Assembly (NCBI GenBank): GCA_030248215.1
Contig: JASANG010002067.1
Location: 434,001 to 494,630 of the forward strand
From: Enoplolaimus lenunculus
Taxonomy: Eukaryota
Length of the DNA stretch: 60,630 nucleotides
Direction of reading: 5' to 3'
Below are positions 54,229-60,630 of the stretch, piece by piece. Made by a program: the position numbers and the translations under genes. The notes beneath the pieces were generated by a model, which saw nothing but the letters and a program-made list of their open reading frames with translations, did not search any database and had not been told where the DNA came from. Each line of letters opens with the position of its first letter. Position 1 is the stretch's first letter.

Positions 54229-57200
54229 AACAATTCTGTGATTGGTTATTGCAGCAAACTTCCCATTTACCAGAAATTCCCCTCCCTGAAGGTGAAAAGT
54301 TAGCGGAAGCTAATTTGCAACCACAACAACTACAGCTGTTGAAAGCTTTGATATATATGAATACAGACTGTTTTGGAGCTGAAAAGAAACCTTTAGGAGC
54401 TACGGGAGTGGTAAAACACAAAATAGAGGTCCAAACCCGTAACCCTATACAGCAAAAAGCTAGAAGGGCTGCATTTTCTCGACGTCAATTAATAACGGAA
54501 CATATAAACGAAATGTTAGAACAAGGTATAGTTCAGCCTTCAAAAAGTCCCTGGGCTTCCCCTGTTGTACTAGTTAAGAAAAAAGACGGTACTCTACGTT
54601 TTTGCGTCGATTACCGCCAGTTAAATGATGTTACCAAGAAAGATAGTTTCCCTCTCCCACGTATCGACGAAACGATCGACGCGTTAAGAGGATCAAAATA
54701 TTTTACCACAATAGATCTCCAATCAGGATATTGGCAGATTGAAATGGACCCAGAGGATATTGAAAAAACTGCGTTCATTAGCCATGAAGGACTGCATGAA
54801 TTTAAAGTCATGCCGTTTGGATTGACTAATGCCCCCGCTACTTTTCAGCGAATGATGCAAATGGTGTTTTCCGGATTGCTTATGGAAATTTGCCTATGCT
54901 ATCTGGATGACATCATTGTATTTTCAAAATCGTTTATGCAACATTTATTGGACCTAGAGAGAGTTTTTGGAAAATTAAGGGCAGCAGGATTAACAGTTAA
55001 GGGTAAAAAATGTGATTTTGTTAAAACGGAAGTACACTTTTTAGGACACATAGTTTCAAATGGAGGTATAAGGCCCACAAGTGAAAAAGTTCAACAAGTG
55101 AGAGAATGTCGAGTACCGACCACGGTAACAGAACTCCGTTCTTTTTTAGGTTTAACTGGATATTATAGGCAATTTGTACAAGGATACGGCATAATAGCCG
55201 CACCTTTGTATGATTTGGTTCAAGGAAATGAAAAAGGTAGAAATATTAAGGACAGATGGGATGAAAAATGTCAAGCGACATTTGAATTACTTAAGAAAAA
55301 GCTCACAGAATCCCCAATTTTAGGATATCCTGACCATAGTAAACCTTTTATTTTGTCTACTGATGCCAGTGACAGAGGTGTTGGATTTGTTTTAGCACAA
55401 ATTGGCGATGACGGTATGGAACACCCCATCCATTACGGCAGCCGTAAATTTACGCCAGCTGAAAGCCGGTATGCCGTCACGGAAAAAGAATGTTTGGCTG
55501 TGGTAAGTGCTTTTATGAAATTTAGACCCTATCTCCTTGGAAACAGAACCACCGTAATTACCGATCATGCACCTTTAACCCAAATTTTAACCAAAATTCG
55601 ATCCCTGGACGTCTTAACTCCCCGATTAATGCGTTTTGCCCTTAAACTACAAGAATTCGAGTTTGATATAATATACAAACCAGGTAAAAAGCACAACAAC
55701 GCAGATGTCTTATCCCGCCCGCCAATATTAGATGACAATTCTAACGAAATTGGAGCGGAAACTGAACCGATGGAAGAACGGCTACAGTTGCGCGAACAAA
55801 TCTTTTGCAAAGAAAATTCGTTAAATGCGGTAATAGCTCAAGTTATTCCATCCGCTGACGAAGAATTCATTCCATCTCCTCCATCCACTTCCGATAAAGA
55901 ATCCTCCGATGTCGATTGTTTCTCCACCTATTTCGAGATTGAATCTCCATGGGATAAGGAACAATTAGTAAGTGCTCAAATTGAAGATGTATATTTTGGC
56001 CCTATGATTAAATATTTAGAGGGTGAAAATATTTTAGAAAGTCAATCTCCGGAAATAAAGAAATGGGTTATGGAAAATGAAAATAATTTTGTAATTTACA
56101 AGGAGGTTTTGTATCGCGCACCACGCCGATCAAAACCTGTAAAATCGGATGCATTGGAATTTAGATTAGCAGTACCTATATTATTTAGAACTCCTCTAAT
56201 GGAGCAAGCCCATACTTCTAAGTATGGCGGTCATTTATCGTTTGATAGGGTTTTAGGAAAATTGCAAAGGAAATTCTATTGGCCTACAATGGTCAAAGAT
56301 TTGCAAAGCTTCATAGATAAGTGTATTCCCTGTACCAGATTTAAACCTGGTCCTGTACGTAAAGGTAAATTGGAACCTATCGCAGCCGTCTCTCCTTTCC
56401 ACATGATTGGAGTAGATGTTATAGGTCCATTACCAGAATCGGAAATCGGAAATAAGTATATAGTGTGTTTTATGGATTATTTCACTAAGTGGCCCGAAGC
56501 GTTTGCAACGTCTAATCAGACGGCACAAACAATAATACAACTTATAACTGATAAGATTATCCCCGCACATGGTGTTCCCCGTGTTATTCTATCAGATCAA
56601 GGACCAGCATTTGTATCTGAACTATATAAGATGGAAATGGCTCAATTAGGAATTAGACTTACGTATTCAACGCCTTATCATCACCAGGCCAATGGCCTAA
56701 TAGAGCGTTGGAATCAAACCCTTATGAAAATATTGAAACCCTTAATTGAATTAGAACCTAGAAAATGGGATACATATTTAGCACCCGCCCTTTTTGCATA
56801 TAGAACCACTGTTCATGCGTCAACTGGACAAACACCATTCTTTTTGATGCATGGCAGGGATCCTGATCTCCCGGGTGAAAATGCTTTAATGTCAACCTTA
56901 AAGGCAACAGAACCGGCAGGTTATAGTGCTCGGCTGCTGCAAGATTTATCACAGGCATGGGAAAATACTGCAAAACAAATTTTGCATTCCCAAACCAAAT
57001 ACAAGTCCTATTATGATAAAAGGGCTAAAGTAAGGGAATTTTTACCTGGTGATATTGTGGTTATGAAGAGAAAAGATAAAATAGATCCTAAGAGAATTTC
57101 TAACAAATTTCATTCCGAATTTGAAAGATTATACCGGGTAAAAGCGGTTGACGGACCTAATTTAAAATTACAATACCTAGGATCGGCAACACGAGCCGAC

Positions 57201-57302
57201 TCTTGGTATAATCAGGCTTTAGTTAAACATTTTGGAGGCTCTATTGAAGATTATTTAGCATATGAAACAAAATTAAGGGCCGGAATTTCAAATAAGGAAT
57301 AA
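54225..57302 (+). CDS. pol: Pol: reverse transcriptase, RNase H and integrase
   Basis: SPWASPVVLVKKKDG, RFCVDYR, DLQSGYWQI, MPFGLTNAPATFQ, YLDD; RNase H TDAS...EKECLA...TDH; integrase HHCC zinc motif (AH...GGH...CIPC) and DDE triad (GVD, SDQG, IERWN). Confidence 0.97.
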   Translation: MKQFCDWLLQQTSHLPEIPLPEGEKLAEANLQPQQLQLLKALIYMNTDCFGAEKKPLGATGVVKHKIEVQTRNPIQQKARRAAFSRRQLITEHINEMLEQGIVQPSKSPWASPVVLVKKKDGTLRFCVDYRQLNDVTKKDSFPLPRIDETIDALRGSKYFTTIDLQSGYWQIEMDPEDIEKTAFISHEGLHEFKVMPFGLTNAPATFQRMMQMVFSGLLMEICLCYLDDIIVFSKSFMQHLLDLERVFGKLRAAGLTVKGKKCDFVKTEVHFLGHIVSNGGIRPTSEKVQQVRECRVPTTVTELRSFLGLTGYYRQFVQGYGIIAAPLYDLVQGNEKGRNIKDRWDEKCQATFELLKKKLTESPILGYPDHSKPFILSTDASDRGVGFVLAQIGDDGMEHPIHYGSRKFTPAESRYAVTEKECLAVVSAFMKFRPYLLGNRTTVITDHAPLTQILTKIRSLDVLTPRLMRFALKLQEFEFDIIYKPGKKHNNADVLSRPPILDDNSNEIGAETEPMEERLQLREQIFCKENSLNAVIAQVIPSADEEFIPSPPSTSDKESSDVDCFSTYFEIESPWDKEQLVSAQIEDVYFGPMIKYLEGENILESQSPEIKKWVMENENNFVIYKEVLYRAPRRSKPVKSDALEFRLAVPILFRTPLMEQAHTSKYGGHLSFDRVLGKLQRKFYWPTMVKDLQSFIDKCIPCTRFKPGPVRKGKLEPIAAVSPFHMIGVDVIGPLPESEIGNKYIVCFMDYFTKWPEAFATSNQTAQTIIQLITDKIIPAHGVPRVILSDQGPAFVSELYKMEMAQLGIRLTYSTPYHHQANGLIERWNQTLMKILKPLIELEPRKWDTYLAPALFAYRTTVHASTGQTPFFLMHGRDPDLPGENALMSTLKATEPAGYSARLLQDLSQAWENTAKQILHSQTKYKSYYDKRAKVREFLPGDIVVMKRKDKIDPKRISNKFHSEFERLYRVKAVDGPNLKLQYLGSATRADSWYNQALVKHFGGSIEDYLAYETKLRAGISNKE

Positions 57303-57491
57303 GAAGATGCGGATTGTCAAATTTGCAAGGGTTCTTATTCTACTGATTTACAAACGGATTTGGTTATAGATTGGATTCAATGTGACTTATGCCTATCATG
57401 GTTTCATTTTACCTGTGTTGGTCTTATAGACGAACCAGCACAAGCCTTATGGTATTGTCCCCAGTGTTTACAAGCCCAAGGTAGCTTATGA
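57303..57491 (+). CDS. PHD finger (C4HC3) in frame with integrase, directly after a TAA; absent from the ORF track
   Basis: Translation: EDADCQICKGSYSTDLQTDLVIDWIQCDLCLSWFHFTCVGLIDEPAQALWYCPQCLQAQGSL*. All eight zinc ligands and the WIQCD, WFH and WYCP signatures are present. Confidence 0.92.
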   Translation, partial: EDADCQICKGSYSTDLQTDLVIDWIQCDLCLSWFHFTCVGLIDEPAQALWYCPQCLQAQGSL

Positions 57492-57521
57492 CTACATACG
57501 GGCTTTGTAATTGTTATAGAT

Positions 57522-58916
57522 GTGAGTATTAAAAAAGTAAAAAATTCTTTAAAAGAATTTAGTAACTATTATATAGTATTAGTGGTGTTGTGCGTAGTTT
57601 GGTTATTTTCAAAAGGTGTTATTTCAAATAGCGACGATATATTGTATGGTAAAGAGTTATTCATCGAGTGCACGATGCCAGCAACAAATTCAAAGGTGCA
57701 ATGGCCGGAGATTTTTGAAAAGCCGCCGGTTGGATCCCCAATGTATGATGCAAATCACCCGTGTCATTCCTTGGAGTATTGGGTTCCAGTACAAACGTTG
57801 ATGCGCGAATGGGGAAAGCCACGGTATGTTGGGATTTTATCAGATGAGGATCAGGTAGATGCGGCGGTAGAAATAATAAGAGCTTCAAGAACTAATATTT
57901 TAGCGTTAGATATTGAAGGAGTAAATTTTTCAAGACAAAAATACAAAACTTATATGAAAATGTTAGAAAAACACCAGGAAAATCCCAAAGAAAATCCTCA
58001 CCCTTCTAATACTAACCTTCTCCCCGACGGCCACCAAACTTATTGCCTAGAAGAATGGTGTTCTAAACCAACGGTAGTTCGTAAAAATTTAATGCGAACA
58101 CTACAAATAGGAACAACAGAAGGGGCAATTTTTATTTTTGATGTTCAGGCTTTTGGAGTAGAGATACCTAAGTCTCTATCCGAATTATTGCACGATGAAA
58201 ATTTTGTAAAATTATGGTGGAGCGTGCATAATGATAGAAATATGTGGGAAATGTTGTATGGCGATTCGAAAAACGCACCTCCAAATAAGAAATTTCCCTA
58301 CGATTCAAATACCCTAGATTTACAAAATTGCCATAAACATGCATATGGTCAAGCGGGACTAGGAGATGTCATAACCGCTTATTTTGGATACAATAAAGGA
58401 AAAACTCCATACGGTGAATACATGATGGGATATCTCCGTCAATGGACAAAAGGTCCACAGACGGTTGATACAGATGACACACGATTTATGGAGTTTATTA
58501 GGTATGCCAGTTTAGACGTCATGCTAGCTGATGTAGCTGTAGCCATGATTTGTCGGGACCCTGAAAAGATTGCAAAACGAAATTTATCGGATATTCCATT
58601 CCAACTCTTTAAGGCAATCGAAGTATTCGGAAAAGTCCACAATAGGGATATAAAAGTTAACATAATGCCAGGAGCAAACACAAAAGCTGCTTGGGAAAAT
58701 TATGCTATAACGGAAGCAACAAATTTGTGGACAATCGAATATTCATTTCAGGCAAGTCAAAAGGTAAAGGTCCCTCGTAGGAGGGCCATTTTTCAGTTAT
58801 TTCAGGACACGAATCCAATTCCAATAGATACAACAATACCCGAAGTCAAGATGAGAATGGAATTGGTGTGGCCCAGTATCGAAAGAATCCGGAGGGAAGA
58901 CGCGTTACGGGACTAA
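57522..58916 (+). CDS. Accessory ORF: DEDDy 3'-5' exonuclease domain (DNA_pol_A_exo1; WRN/EXD/MUT-7-like)
   Basis: ExoI ILALDIEG (Asp at 57909, Glu at 57915); LQIGT...IFIFDV; LSELLHDENFVK; ExoII VHNDR (Asp at 58233); LDLQ; GLGDVITAYFG; ExoIII IRYASLDV (Tyr at 58503, Asp at 58515). The true start is uncertain. Confidence 0.85.
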   Translation: MSIKKVKNSLKEFSNYYIVLVVLCVVWLFSKGVISNSDDILYGKELFIECTMPATNSKVQWPEIFEKPPVGSPMYDANHPCHSLEYWVPVQTLMREWGKPRYVGILSDEDQVDAAVEIIRASRTNILALDIEGVNFSRQKYKTYMKMLEKHQENPKENPHPSNTNLLPDGHQTYCLEEWCSKPTVVRKNLMRTLQIGTTEGAIFIFDVQAFGVEIPKSLSELLHDENFVKLWWSVHNDRNMWEMLYGDSKNAPPNKKFPYDSNTLDLQNCHKHAYGQAGLGDVITAYFGYNKGKTPYGEYMMGYLRQWTKGPQTVDTDDTRFMEFIRYASLDVMLADVAVAMICRDPEKIAKRNLSDIPFQLFKAIEVFGKVHNRDIKVNIMPGANTKAAWENYAITEATNLWTIEYSFQASQKVKVPRRRAIFQLFQDTNPIPIDTTIPEVKMRMELVWPSIERIRREDALRD

Positions 58917-60630
58917 AAAATCAAGGAAAGAGATGTGATCAATGACCCAGTGCATCATTGGCCACAATGGGCAAGGCAATGTGTCAGATGGGATGGTTTC
59001 AGAAAGCAACAAAAAGATGACCAGAAACCTAAAAAGAAATCAAAAGGTAAAAGTAAAGTTAAACAAGGTATTTTAGATTCCGAAGACGAAGAAGTCATAT
59101 TAGGATTTCCGGAATGGGCCGACCCGGAAAGACCCATAACAGGTGAAATTAGTGACGAAATGTTTGGTCCGGAAACAGAGGAAAGGAAAAAGGCTATGGA
59201 GGAACATAGAATAGCAACTGAATGGTTTAGTCAATTTATGACTGTTAAACCATCAGGACCAGGACAGAGTGGAATCGAAATCCAGGAGGCAGTGGCAGAT
59301 GAGCCACCACCTCCACCCCCAAAAAGGACCAAAACCGTACAGACCAAAAACATTAGAGGAAGTAGTTGGTATGAAACCACCCCAACCTCAGGAAATTTCA
59401 GCAATTCCGTTACCCCCAAAAGGACCAAAACCGTATAGACCAAAAACATTAGAAGAAGTAGTTGGTATGAAACCACCCCAACCTCAGGAAATTTCAGCAA
59501 TTCCGTTACCCCCGAAAGAACAACCCCAAAAAGAAACTGTGCCTAAAGAGGTGGCAAAAGCGCCAACTCTTTCAGAGGAACAGATAAGGCTTGCAAGGCA
59601 AGATACAGTTCCGTTGTTTCAACAAATGGATACTACGGAATCACCTCAAGAAACACCAATTACGGATGTTAACAGTGATTTGACAAATAGGTTAGCTGTC
59701 CAGTCAATGGAAGTTGAGAAATTTTCTGAAGAACCGACTACAATAAGTCGTACTTCAGAACCGGTTTCAGGAGTAAGTTCATACCCAAGCCCTGTTGAAA
59801 CAATTTCTCCCAGTGCAAGACTGGAGGACACAACAATCACGGAAATCGAACAGGATGTTTTCCAACAGGTGCCTTCGGAATATGAAATATTACAGATAAG
59901 TAAGAAATTTAATACATCTATTTTAGGCGAACAAGAAAAATTATCAGTTATACAACCATCGCCCGGTGTCTCCTATACACCCAAAACAACTAGTAGATTT
60001 ACAGTACCAGAGGGAGCGACGTGGATGAGTTTTATTCCATATCCTCCAGGAATCGATACCACCCGTGAACTAACGCCCCCAGGTGGATCTGTAACAATTA
60101 CGGATTTAATTAAAAATAGGATCGAGGAAATACAAAAGAAGGAATTAAAAGCAATGGCGGAAGTACAATCCGCTATGGAAAAATTTGTTCCAGAAGGCGG
60201 ATTCCCATACTACCAAATTGAACAACGGTATATTGTACTTCAGGCGGCTATTAAAAGCTTGAATGGAGTAATATTACAAAGGAATAATTTGGACCGAGAG
60301 GCAAAGGAAGCAATGTTAAAGCTTCATTATTATCAGGAATATGTCAGTATGGTGGATGATACTATTGAACAAGCAAAGTCCACCCTTCAGGCAGCTTCCA
60401 TACATACTGATTGGATGAAGGAAAACGATGAAAAATTGAGGCAGGAATATATTAAAAAATTTGCAATTCAGGAAGTTCGAATCTGCAAATTAGAACAGGA
60501 AAAGGTAAGTACTGAAAAAGTTCTAACAAAGGCAATGCAAAATTCTGTTAGAGATCATACAGAATTACTAAATTTATTGGATGATAAACGAAAATTGGAA
60601 AAGAGAATTTTGCAATTAGAAAGAAAATTA
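58917..60630 (+). CDS. Continuation of the accessory ORF: charged and Pro-rich linker, then coiled coil; open to the window end
   Basis: Same frame as the exonuclease after TAA at 58914-58916. One extra A at 59321-59325 shifts into a frame that is open from about 59323 to 60630 and ends in heptad-like sequence (ELLNLLDDKRKLEKRILQLERKL). Confidence 0.75.
59315..59518 (+). repeat. 96-bp coding tandem repeat, two copies (PKGPKPYRPKTLEEVVGMKPPQPQEISAIPLP)
   Basis: ggaccaaaaccgta starts at 59326 and at 59422. Confidence 0.9.

Larger units (their letters stand above)
49553..60630 (+). mobile_element. Ty3/Gypsy (Metaviridae) LTR retrotransposon with PHD finger and 3'-5' exonuclease accessory ORF; 3' end outside the window
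   Basis: Domain order gag-CCHC-PR-RT-RH-IN is diagnostic of the Gypsy group. The 5' boundary is tentative. Confidence 0.93.

Noticed and set aside
57522..57615. Hydrophobic stretch YYIVLVVLCVVWLFS as an env-type signal peptide
   Set aside because: The ORF starts at GTG in T-rich, intron-like sequence, and the downstream domain is an exonuclease rather than a glycoprotein.

Overview
Intron-rich, AT-rich animal genomic DNA, most likely a nematode (TTTTAG/TTTCAG splice acceptors, scattered TTAGGC repeats). It holds three minus-strand host genes: the 5' part of cytoplasmic dynein heavy chain (36 exons, about 1849 codons, 823-21419, continuing off the left edge), a C11orf54/DUF1907 homologue (8 exons, 27633-39695) and V-ATPase subunit G (3 exons, 44607-45631). 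Between and inside them are a defective piggyBac transposon, several MITE families, a roughly 5.9 kb TIR element and tRNA-derived repeats. The right-hand 11 kb is a lightly disabled Ty3/Gypsy LTR retrotransposon and is the most interesting part. A complete PHD finger, absent from the ORF track, follows integrase in frame after one stop codon. In the position where env usually sits there is a large accessory reading frame with a DEDDy 3'-5' exonuclease (WRN/EXD/MUT-7-like, all catalytic motifs present), a proline-rich repeat and a coiled coil that runs off the window. All calls come from manual reading and translation; no database searches were run.
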